Source: Planctomycetota bacterium
Lineage (GTDB): Bacteria > Planctomycetota > UBA11346
DNA: 18,213 bases
Assembly (NCBI GenBank): GCA_038213805.1
Contig: JBBQSO010000100.1
Location: forward strand, 1-18,213
Reading direction: 5' to 3'
Shown: in pieces, positions 1 through 7,920 of the stretch
Numbering within the stretch: the first letter of the stretch is position 1
How the letters are laid out: each line of letters starts with the position of its first letter
Made by a program: the position numbers and the translations under genes
Notes under the pieces: model-generated
Told to the model about the DNA's origin: nothing
What the model saw: the letters and a program-made list of their open reading frames with translations, nothing else
Database searches by the model: none

Positions 1-315
1 CGCCCCTTCAGGGCTCGAACGTCATGTATTCCCATGAACCCAGGGCGTTGCCCTGGGCTGCCCGTCTGGTCGCGCCGTTGGCGCTCACGGCAGACGACCT
101 TCCGGCCTGTGGTTCCCGGCCGACGCAGACTTGTGGGTAATAGGTAGAGCAATGCCTTGGGGGAAATTGCCAGAAAATCATTCGAGAGCCCTGCAAGGGC
201 GATTCAATCCGGTCACGCGTCACGGATTGAATCGCCCTTGCAGGGCTATGGTCGTGATGTGGTCGATTTCCCAGGGTGTTGCCCTGAGCTCTCAATGAAT
301 CGCGCTTGCAGCGCT
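1..315. repeat. REP-like palindromic repeat cluster: two tripartite units plus a 25-bp perfect inverted repeat
   Basis: Unit 1: CGCCCCTTCAGGGCT (1-15), 23 nt, CCCAGGGCGTTGCCCTGGGCT (39-59), 11 nt, CGCGCCGTTGGCGCT (71-85). Unit 2: CGCCCTTGCAGGGCT (233-247), 22 nt, CCCAGGGTGTTGCCCTGAGCT (270-290), 10 nt, CGCGCTTGCAGCGCT (301-315). AGCCCTGCAAGGGCGATTCAATCCG (187-211) is the exact reverse complement of 223-247. Confidence 0.75.
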
Positions 316-331
316 TGCGACAACCACTGAC

Positions 332-366
332 GCGAGCTGCGAGCTGCGAACTGCGAGCTGCGAGTG
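332..366. repeat. Heptamer tandem array (GCGAGCT)n, left arm of inverted pair 1
   Basis: GCGAGCT GCGAGCT GCGAACT GCGAGCT GCGAGTG read directly from the sequence. Confidence 0.9.
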
Positions 367-421
367 GCGGCACGTCTGCTGCGCTAAACGAAGCTCTTGC
401 GCACCTCGGAACCCTCGATTT

Positions 422-537
<116 letters not shown>

Positions 538-540
538 CCG

Positions 541-2406
541 CTACTGCTCCCCATCCCCAAACGCCCGCGCCCGCGCCGGATCCCGCAACCCCAACGACGC
601 CACCATGCGCTTCGCATCCGGATAATTCCCGAACAGGTGCCGGCGGTCGATAGCGGTGACCTGGTCGGCGGGCAGGCGCAGCAGGATGTCGGCGAGGTGG
701 CCGGGGAAGGCGCGTTCGAGCGTGGACAGCAGCGTGCGGCGCTGCTGCTGGTTGGTGGTGGCCTCGATCTGGAGCAGGCATTCAGCGTCGCGCCCGGGCA
801 GCGGCAACCAGCGCGCAAGCACCTCCGGATCCTGCAGCGCCAACGCGGCGAGGTCGCGCGGGCTGGCGAGGGCGATCTGGCGCGCGGCGGCGGCGCAGCT
901 GACGGAGCGCGATGCGGCGAGGTCGGAGAGGCAGGCGAAGACGGCGTCCTCGTGCAGCTCGCGCGCCAGGCGCGGGGCGTCGAGGACGGCCAGCACGCAG
1001 ACCTGGCGCGGGTTGCTGCCGGTGGTGAAGCGCTGGCAGGGCGCGGCAATCAGGCGTTCATAGAGCGCGCTGCGCCGCGCCTGGCCGAAGCGGCTGTGGT
1101 GCATCTGCTGCTCAAGGCGCGCGATCAGCTCGTCGGTGGGAATGCACCACTGCACGACCAGCTGGTGGGTGGCGCGCACCCACAAATGGTCCTGCAGAGC
1201 GCGGAAGCCGGGATAGCCGAGGGCGATCAGCACCAACATGCCCGCCACCAGCGCCACCGCGCGCCGCGGCGGCTGCTGGCGGTGGTGGATCCAGGCCAGC
1301 CCGACCAGCAGCGCGCCGCCCACGGCCAAGCCGGGTGCGACGAAGGGGTTGCCGACCAGGGTGGGCCCGCCGAACACGAACAGGCTGTTGTGCACGGCGT
1401 GCGCCAGCACGCAGCCGGCGAGGTCGCCGGCGCGCAGGCGGATGAAGGCCAGCAGCAGGCCGAGCGGGAGGGCGAACAGCGCCTGGGCCGGGCTGCCGTG
1501 ACTGGCGGCGAAGGCCAGGGTGGTGACCACCACCGCGGCGACCGTCGCCGCACGCGAGCCGCCCCAGAAGGCCTGCAGCCAGGGCAACAGGCGACCGCGG
1601 AAGAACAGCTCCTCACCCATCGGCGCGAGCAGCGACACGCAGACGATGGTCAGGATCTTGCCGGCGGCGCCATGCGCGGTGTGCGCCGCCGGCAGCACCG
1701 CGGCGCTGATGTCAGTCGGGTGGCTGGCGCTCCACCACAGCACCAGCAGATGGACGAGCGGCTCGAGCAGCAGCAGCATGCCGACTGCGAGTGCGGTGTT
1801 GTCGCGGCGGCGCACCAGCCCCGGCGCCGGCCGCGGCATCAGCCAGCCGGCGAACAGCAGTAGCAAGGCGGTGCCCGCAACCATCACCGGCCAGGGCTCG
1901 CCACCTGAAAGAAGGCGCAGCGCCGGCTGGTCGGCGAGGCGCCGCAGCGCGCCGGCCCACGGCAGGGCGGAGGTGACCGCGGTGAGAACCGTGAGCGCAG
2001 CCACGCCCAAGCCGGCGGCGAGACGCCAACGCTGGTGGACGGTCAGCGCAGGCACGCCGCAGAGCACGCCCATGCCCGCCAGGAAGCGCCGCGACGAGTG
2101 CGGCCGCGGCCTGGTCGCCGCAAGTGAGGGCAGCTCATCGGCTGGAGGAAGCGCAGCGGATGGATGCAGCGTAGCGCCCGCCTCCACACCTTCTGACACC
2201 TGCCCCGCGCCTGCATCGGCGCCACCGGCAGCCGTGTCCGCGATCGTCACGCCCGTGTCGGGCGCCGATTGCCCAGGGACCTCTGCCTCGCCCAGCCCGC
2301 TGCTGGCATGCGGTCCTGACCCGGCAGCAGTCACGGCCACTTCCGGCGGGGCCCCAGCCTGCGGACCGGCGTTCGCGCTGCTGCTCTCCTCCTGCGGCCC
2401 GGACAT
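541..2406 (-). CDS. CPBP family (CAAX protease type II / Abi) intramembrane glutamic endopeptidase with a low-complexity N-terminus and a long C-terminal soluble domain
   Basis: Several hydrophobic segments. CPBP motifs EExxxR (PMGEELFFRG), FxxxH (FAASH) and HxxxN (AHAVHN) are all present. The start is uncertain because the first ~100 aa are Ala/Gly/Pro-rich. Confidence 0.85.
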   Translation of the reverse strand: MSGPQEESSSANAGPQAGAPPEVAVTAAGSGPHASSGLGEAEVPGQSAPDTGVTIADTAAGGADAGAGQVSEGVEAGATLHPSAALPPADELPSLAATRPRPHSSRRFLAGMGVLCGVPALTVHQRWRLAAGLGVAALTVLTAVTSALPWAGALRRLADQPALRLLSGGEPWPVMVAGTALLLLFAGWLMPRPAPGLVRRRDNTALAVGMLLLLEPLVHLLVLWWSASHPTDISAAVLPAAHTAHGAAGKILTIVCVSLLAPMGEELFFRGRLLPWLQAFWGGSRAATVAAVVVTTLAFAASHGSPAQALFALPLGLLLAFIRLRAGDLAGCVLAHAVHNSLFVFGGPTLVGNPFVAPGLAVGGALLVGLAWIHHRQQPPRRAVALVAGMLVLIALGYPGFRALQDHLWVRATHQLVVQWCIPTDELIARLEQQMHHSRFGQARRSALYERLIAAPCQRFTTGSNPRQVCVLAVLDAPRLARELHEDAVFACLSDLAASRSVSCAAAARQIALASPRDLAALALQDPEVLARWLPLPGRDAECLLQIEATTNQQQRRTLLSTLERAFPGHLADILLRLPADQVTAIDRRHLFGNYPDAKRMVASLGLRDPARARAFGDGEQ

Positions 2407-2512
2407 GGCGGCAGTGTCCAGGACGGCGCGCCCGCGTCAGCAGGAACCCGCGCGCGGGCGCCCGGGCGTGCGCGCCGCTTGCGCCCGCGCCTGGGCGCGA
2501 TCCGCTGCGACC

Positions 2513-2725
2513 ATGCCCGGTCCCGTGCAGATCAGCTTCACCAGCCCCGACGGCGAGGAGCGCGAAGAGCGCTGGCCATCGGTCGAGGGCTTCCGTCTGT
2601 GGGCCCTGGCCCAGGGCCTGGCCTGCACCTGGAGCGCCTACCAGGAGGACGCGGACGGCGAGTGGGCGGTCATCGATTCCGGCCGCATCGGCTCCGTCCC
2701 GTCACCACGTCCGGGTCGGCGATGA
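2513..2725 (+). CDS. Small hypothetical protein (70 aa, MPGPVQISFTSPDGEEREERWPS...)
   Basis: 3' end of track ORF 1520..2725, ATG at 2513. Third codon positions are G/C-rich, the composition is protein-like (acidic, several Trp), and its TGA overlaps the next ATG (ATGA at 2722-2725). Confidence 0.7.
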   Translation: MPGPVQISFTSPDGEEREERWPSVEGFRLWALAQGLACTWSAYQEDADGEWAVIDSGRIGSVPSPRPGRR

Positions 2726-3816
2726 CCGCGCCCGAAGCGGCGGCGCCCATCCTGCACGTCAACACCGAGCACGGCTGGCGCGGCGGCGAGAACCAGGTGG
2801 CGCTGCTGGTGCGCGGGCTGGGCGCGCAGTGGCCCGCGCTGACGGTCTGCCAACCCGGTTCGGCCCTTGCCCGGGCGCTGCGCGCAGCCGGCCAGCCGGT
2901 CGCGGAGCTGGCCATGCGCGGCCCCCTGCATCTGGGCGCGGTGCGCGGACTGCGCCGGCTGCTGCGCACGCACGGCGCGCGCGCGCTGCACGCCCACACC
3001 TCGCACGCGCATGGCCTGGGCGTGCTCGCCTGCCTGGGCACGGCGGTGCCGCTGATCGTCACCCGGCGCGTCGACTTCGCGGTTGGGCGCAGCGCCTTCG
3101 GCCGCTGGAAATATGGCCGCGTGGCGCGCTTCGCCGCAGTCTCGGCCGGAGTGCGCGGGGCCCTGGTGGCGGGCGGCGTTGCGGCAGAGCGCGTCGCGGT
3201 AATCCATGATGGCATCGACTTCGCCCGCTTCCCGGTCGACGCCACCTCGCCGGTGCGCGCCGAGCACGGCATCCCAGCGGACGCCGTCGTCTTCGCCATC
3301 ACTGCAGCGCTGACCGACCACAAGGATCACCGCACCCTGCTGACCGCCTTCGCGCGCGTCGAGGCGGCGGCGCCTCAGGCCTGGCTGCTGGTGGTGGGCG
3401 AGGGCGAGCTGGCCGGCGAGCTCGCGACGCTGGCCCGCCAGCTCGGTCTCGCGCGCACGGTGTTCACCGGCTTCCGCGACGACGTGCCGGGCATCCTGCG
3501 CAGCGTCGACGGCTTCGTGCTGAGCAGCCACCTCGAGGGCCTGGGCTCGTCGCTGATGGACGCCATGCACTGCGGCCTGCCGGTGGTGGCGACGCGCGCC
3601 GGCGGCATTCCCGAGCTGATCGACGACGGCGTCGACGGGCTGCTGGTGCCGGTGCGCGACCCCGCGGCGCTGGCCGCGGCACTGCTGCGCGTGACCGGCG
3701 ATGCGGGCCTGCGCGCGCGCCTGGGCGCGGCGGCGCACCAGCGCGCCCAGGCGCGATTCGGGGCCGAAACCATGGTCGCCGCCTACCGGGACTTGTACCG
3801 CGGGCTCCTGGGCTGA
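2722..3816 (+). CDS. Glycosyltransferase family 4 (GT-B), probably LPS/envelope biosynthesis
   Basis: N-terminal ILHVNTEHGWRGGENQ, HAHT, IHDGID, HKDH, FTGFRDD and EGLGSSLMDAMHCGLPVVATRAGGIPELI are typical GT4 motifs. ATG at 2722 is coupled to the upstream stop. Confidence 0.92.
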   Translation: MTAPEAAAPILHVNTEHGWRGGENQVALLVRGLGAQWPALTVCQPGSALARALRAAGQPVAELAMRGPLHLGAVRGLRRLLRTHGARALHAHTSHAHGLGVLACLGTAVPLIVTRRVDFAVGRSAFGRWKYGRVARFAAVSAGVRGALVAGGVAAERVAVIHDGIDFARFPVDATSPVRAEHGIPADAVVFAITAALTDHKDHRTLLTAFARVEAAAPQAWLLVVGEGELAGELATLARQLGLARTVFTGFRDDVPGILRSVDGFVLSSHLEGLGSSLMDAMHCGLPVVATRAGGIPELIDDGVDGLLVPVRDPAALAAALLRVTGDAGLRARLGAAAHQRAQARFGAETMVAAYRDLYRGLLG

Positions 3817-3827
3817 CCTTGGCGGGC

Positions 3828-4664
3828 ATGGCCGAACCGGATCCCGTCACCGCCCGCCGCGGCCGCCGCGACGACGGCACCGTCACCGTGCACCGCCGCG
3901 CCACCATGTCGGGCACCATCCGCGTCTCGGCGGTGCTGATCGTCCTGAACGGCGAGCGCCACCTTGACCGCGTGCTCGCCGCGCTGTCGTTCTGCGCCGA
4001 GATCCTGATCGTCGATTCCGGCTCCACCGACGACACCATCGCCATCGCCACGCGCCACGGCGCGCGCGTGGTCCATCAGGACTTCCTCGGCTACGGCGCG
4101 CAAAAGCGCAAGGCGGTCGAGCTGGCGCGGCACGACTGGATCCTGGCCATCGACGATGATGAGGTCCTCGACTACGAGGCCGCCGCGACCATCCAGGTCC
4201 TCGACCTCGCCGACCCGTCCCGCGCCTGGCAGCTGCGTCGGCGCACCTACATCGGCGCGCGCGAGGTGCGTTACGGCCAGTGGCGGCCCGACCTCAGTCT
4301 GCGTCTGTTCAACCGCACCTGCGCGAATTTCAGCGCAGACGTGGTGCATGAAGCCGTGCGCCCGGCCGGCGTGGTGCTGACCCTGCCCGGCTCGCTGCAC
4401 CACTTCAGCTTTCGCGACTACGCCGATGTCTTCACCCGTCTGGCCGGCTACGCGCGCGCCAAGGCCGCGAAGTACCGGGCCCGCGGCCGTCGCCGCCCGT
4501 GGGCCGCCGCGCTGATCTTCCGCGGCTGCTGGGGATTCCTGCGCAGCTTCGTGTTCAAGCTCGGCTTCCGCGACGGCGTCGCCGGCGTGGTGGTCGCCCT
4601 GTCGGTGGCCGTCGACAGCGCTTTGGGGTTGGCGATGGCGGGGGAGGAGGAGGCGGGGGAGTAA
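3828..4664 (+). CDS. Glycosyltransferase family 2, KdtX/WaaE/LgtF-like (LPS core glycosyltransferase type)
   Basis: VSAVLIVLNGE, IVDSGSTDDT, GYGAQKR, WILAIDDDE, RLFNR, VHE and the C-terminal KLGFRDG pattern. Codons between 3828 and the alternative ATG at 3906 have strong GC3 bias, which favours 3828. Confidence 0.9.
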   Translation: MAEPDPVTARRGRRDDGTVTVHRRATMSGTIRVSAVLIVLNGERHLDRVLAALSFCAEILIVDSGSTDDTIAIATRHGARVVHQDFLGYGAQKRKAVELARHDWILAIDDDEVLDYEAAATIQVLDLADPSRAWQLRRRTYIGAREVRYGQWRPDLSLRLFNRTCANFSADVVHEAVRPAGVVLTLPGSLHHFSFRDYADVFTRLAGYARAKAAKYRARGRRRPWAAALIFRGCWGFLRSFVFKLGFRDGVAGVVVALSVAVDSALGLAMAGEEEAGE

Positions 4665-4699
4665 GTGGGGCGGACTGATGATCCGCGGGTGGAATGGGG

Positions 4700-4727
4700 T
4701 GCGAGATGCGAGTTTCGAGTCGCGAGC
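4700..4727. repeat. Degenerate heptamer array, left arm of inverted pair 2
   Basis: TGCGAGA TGCGAGT TTCGAGT CGCGAGC, with a CGAG core every 7 nt. Confidence 0.75.
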
Positions 4728-4773
4728 ACGGAAAGCAGCAGAGCCCCATGCACGTTGTGGCGCTACGCTCTGT

Positions 4774-4833
4774 GCCGCTCGCCGCTCGCCGCTCGCCGCT
4801 CGCCGCTCGCCGCTCGCCGCTCGCCGCTCGCCG
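4774..4833. repeat. Heptamer tandem array (GCCGCTC)8, right arm of inverted pair 2
   Basis: Eight perfect GCCGCTC (4774-4829) followed by GCCG. Confidence 0.95.
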
Positions 4834-4874
4834 GGGGGCGGCATGTGAGCTCCCATCGGTGACTCTCGCGTACG

Positions 4875-4902
4875 TTGCCGAGGACGTGCGCTTCCGTATC
4901 AT
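4875..4902 (+). promoter_or_regulatory. Candidate sigma70-type promoter for the DUF1800-DUF1501 operon
   Basis: TTGCCG (4875-4880), 16 nt, TATCAT (4897-4902), about 90 nt upstream of the ATG at 4996. GGAG RBS at 4984-4987. Confidence 0.45.
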
Positions 4903-4995
4903 ACGCGGGTGGGATGCTCCGGTTGCAGACGCACATGTGCTGCGGCGGGCACGCATCCCCTGGAAGCAGACCGCTCGCACGCAGGAGTTCCGACC

Positions 4996-6594
4996 ATGCG
5001 CATCCCGACCACGACCGCCCGCCGCCTCGCCGCCGTTGCCGTCCTGGGCTTGGCCGCCTGGGCGCCGACGGCCCAGGCCATGGAAAAAGACGAGGCGCGC
5101 CACCTGCTCGCGCGCACCGGCTTCGGCGGTACGCCGGCCGAGATCGACCAGCTGCTGCCGCTGACCCGCGAGCAGGCGGTCGACGCACTGATTGCCGGCA
5201 CCCACGCCACCACCCGCACCAAGCCCCTGGAATGGTGCGCCGGCGACTACGCGGCCTACATGCGCGCGCGCGCCGCCGACTGGGACGCCGCCAAGGGCAT
5301 CGCCGACCGCAGCGCGCGCGACAAGAAGGAGAACGAGCTGCGTGGCGAGCGCGACCGCCGCAGCCGCGAACTCAAGGGCTGGCTCTACCAGGAGATGATC
5401 ACCACCGATTCGCCGCTCACCGAGCGCATGGTGTTGTTCTGGTCCAACCACTTCACCTCCGCGCTGCGCACCATCGAAGAGCCGCGTGTGATGTTCGAGC
5501 AGGACGCGCTGATCCGGCGCGACGCGCTCGACAACTTCGCGTTCTTCCTCAAGGACATCAACACCGACCCGGCGATGTACCGCTACCTCGACTCCGACTC
5601 CAACGTCTCGGGGCGGCCGAACGAGAACTACGCGCGCGAAGTGATGGAGCTGTTCACCCTGGGCGAGGGCCAGAAGTACACCGAGGGTGACATCCGCGAG
5701 GCGGCGCGCGCCTTCACCGGGTACAAGCTCGACCCCGCCACCGGCCGCGCCGCGCTCAGCCCCGGTGCGCACGACAACGGCTGGAAGACCATCTTCGGCA
5801 AGAAGGGCACCTTCGACGGCGACGACGTCATCAAGCTGCTGCTGCTCAGCGAGGAGCGCGTCGCGATCAACGTCGCCGAGAAGTTCTGGAAGGAGTTCGT
5901 CGCCGACACCCTCGACAGCAAGGAGGTCTACAAGCTCGCCAGCACCTTCTACCACGCCAAGTACGACATCCGCAAACTGCTGCGCGCGACCCTGCTGACC
6001 AAACAGTTCTGGGACGCCGACAATCGCGGCACGCTGTTCAAGTCACCGGCCGAATACGTGGTCGGCACCGCGCGCCTGCTGCAGCTGCCGATCGACGATC
6101 CCTACGGCTACGCCCAGCTCGCCGACCACATCGGCTACAGCATCCTGGATCCGCCGAACGTGAAGGGCTACCCCGGCAGCACTAGCTGGATCAGCACCGA
6201 AACCCTGCTCAGCCGCTGGGAGGTCGCCGACCAGATGATCGGCGGCAAGGTCGGCGCTGGCCCCGATGTCGGCAGCATGATGGGCGGTGCGATGGCCGCT
6301 GCCCCGGCCAAGCCAGCGGATGACAAGGATGCGAAAAAGGACGGCAAGAAGGAGCCTGCGACCGCGAAGAAGGAGGAGCCCGCAGGCGGCCGGAAGGAAA
6401 AATCCGACGAACCGCTGCTGAGTCTGCTGCCCAAACCGTGGGTTGCGGACGCGCGCGCCAAGGGTGCCGATGGCGTGACCCAGGCGATCATGGTGCTGCT
6501 GCCGCTGGCGCCGATCGACGAGATCGCCAAGGACTCCGGCTTCGACCAGGCGCTGCGCCAGATCGTCCACGACCCCTCGTTCAACCTCAAGTGA
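4996..6594 (+). CDS. DUF1800 family exported protein
   Basis: Signal peptide ending AQA, then ARHLLARTGFG, LTERMVLFWSNHF, PAMYRYLD, PNENYAREVMELFTLG, EAARAFTG, KSPAE and PPNVKGY, the motif series I recognise for DUF1800. GGAG RBS upstream. Confidence 0.92.
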   Translation: MRIPTTTARRLAAVAVLGLAAWAPTAQAMEKDEARHLLARTGFGGTPAEIDQLLPLTREQAVDALIAGTHATTRTKPLEWCAGDYAAYMRARAADWDAAKGIADRSARDKKENELRGERDRRSRELKGWLYQEMITTDSPLTERMVLFWSNHFTSALRTIEEPRVMFEQDALIRRDALDNFAFFLKDINTDPAMYRYLDSDSNVSGRPNENYAREVMELFTLGEGQKYTEGDIREAARAFTGYKLDPATGRAALSPGAHDNGWKTIFGKKGTFDGDDVIKLLLLSEERVAINVAEKFWKEFVADTLDSKEVYKLASTFYHAKYDIRKLLRATLLTKQFWDADNRGTLFKSPAEYVVGTARLLQLPIDDPYGYAQLADHIGYSILDPPNVKGYPGSTSWISTETLLSRWEVADQMIGGKVGAGPDVGSMMGGAMAAAPAKPADDKDAKKDGKKEPATAKKEEPAGGRKEKSDEPLLSLLPKPWVADARAKGADGVTQAIMVLLPLAPIDEIAKDSGFDQALRQIVHDPSFNLK

Positions 6595-6608
6595 ACCGGA
6601 GAACCGCC

Positions 6609-7826
6609 ATGCTACGCCGTGATCTGCTCAAGATGGGAAGCGCCGCCGCCATCGGCATGCTCGCACCAGGCCTGGCGCGCGCCGCCGACCCTGCGGGCGA
6701 CAAGACTCCCGGCACCCTCGCCTGGGACCGCTCGCTGGTGCTCATTGAGCTCGGTGGCGGCAACGACGGGCTCAACACCGTGGTGCCGTACGCTGACCCG
6801 GAATACTACAAACTGCGCAAGCGCATCGGCGTGCCCGAGGCCGACGTCTTCAAGCTCGGCCAAGGCCTCGGCCTGAACGGCACCATGAAGGCGCTCGAGG
6901 CCTCGTGGAAGGAGGGCGACCTCAGCTTCTTCCTGGGACTGGGCTACCCCAACCTCAATCGCTCGCACTTCCGCGGCATCGACATCTGGAATGGCGCCTC
7001 CAAGCACGATGAGATGCCGCCCGACGGGTGGCTGGCGCGCATCCTTGACGGTGCGAACGGCGGTGCGCCGTCCGACCTGCTCGCGCACAGCATCACCCTG
7101 GGTGGCAACGGCGCCTACGGCGGCGGCGGCGCGCTCTACGGCCACCAGCTCAACCGCCTGACGATGGAGCGCCCCGAGGACTTCGTGCGCCGCGCCAAGC
7201 GCATCCCCAAGCCCGGCGACAAGATCCCCAATCCCGCGATGTCGCACATCATGCACATCCAGGGCGACATCAACCGCACCGCCGACCGCCTCGAAGAATC
7301 CTACCGCAAGGCACCCAAGCTGCCGGAGTTCCCCCGCACCGGATTGGGCGAGCACCTGCAGATCGCGGCCAAGCTGATCACCGCGGGCGTCACCTGCCCG
7401 GTCTACAAGACCGGCATCTACGGCTTCGACCACCACTCCAACGAGAACGCCGCGCACCCGGGCATGGTCGGCGAGCTCGCCAACGCGCTGGCGGCATTCC
7501 GCCTCGCACTGAAATCCGTGCCGGGCGCGTGGGAGCGCACCACGGTGATGACCTACAGCGAGTTCGGCCGGCGCGCGGTCGAGAACGACAGCGGCGGCAC
7601 CGATCACGGCACCGCCGCGCCGCACCTGGTCATGGGCGGGCAGGTCACTGGCGGCTTCTACGGCAAGCAGCCCAGCCTGACCCAGCTCGACAACGGCGAC
7701 CTGGTCTACACCACCGACTTCCGCAGCATGTACGCGACGATCGCCCAGCAGTTCTGGGGCTACAAGAAGCCCTTCCTGAGCGACAAGGGCATCCAGGCGA
7801 TCCCCAAGGTGTTCAAGACGGCCTGA
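6609..7826 (+). CDS. DUF1501 family protein with twin-arginine signal peptide
   Basis: MLRRDLLK...ARA Tat-like leader. Motifs LGGGNDGLNTVVP, RSHF, GFDHH, YSEFGRR and GTDHG. GGAGA RBS at 6598-6602. Canonical position directly after DUF1800. Confidence 0.92.
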   Translation: MLRRDLLKMGSAAAIGMLAPGLARAADPAGDKTPGTLAWDRSLVLIELGGGNDGLNTVVPYADPEYYKLRKRIGVPEADVFKLGQGLGLNGTMKALEASWKEGDLSFFLGLGYPNLNRSHFRGIDIWNGASKHDEMPPDGWLARILDGANGGAPSDLLAHSITLGGNGAYGGGGALYGHQLNRLTMERPEDFVRRAKRIPKPGDKIPNPAMSHIMHIQGDINRTADRLEESYRKAPKLPEFPRTGLGEHLQIAAKLITAGVTCPVYKTGIYGFDHHSNENAAHPGMVGELANALAAFRLALKSVPGAWERTTVMTYSEFGRRAVENDSGGTDHGTAAPHLVMGGQVTGGFYGKQPSLTQLDNGDLVYTTDFRSMYATIAQQFWGYKKPFLSDKGIQAIPKVFKTA

Positions 7827-7847
7827 ACGTCCGGACGTGTCGAGATC

Positions 7848-7891
7848 GCACGGAGCCGATCGGGGAAGCCCGGTCGGCTCCGTGCTTTCTT
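7848..7891 (+). terminator. Intrinsic terminator after DUF1501
   Basis: 17-bp stem GCACGGAGCCGATCGGG / CCCGGTCGGCTCCGTGC (one G-U wobble), loop GAAG, followed by TTTCTT. Confidence 0.75.
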
Positions 7892-7920
7892 CAGACCGGG
7901 GTGGCGGCAGGCTGCCGGGC

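Noticed and set aside
1..315. CRISPR-like appearance (palindromic repeats with 22-23 nt unique linkers)
   Set aside because: The repeats are non-identical, alternate in type and include an inverted copy. There are only two units and no cas genes.
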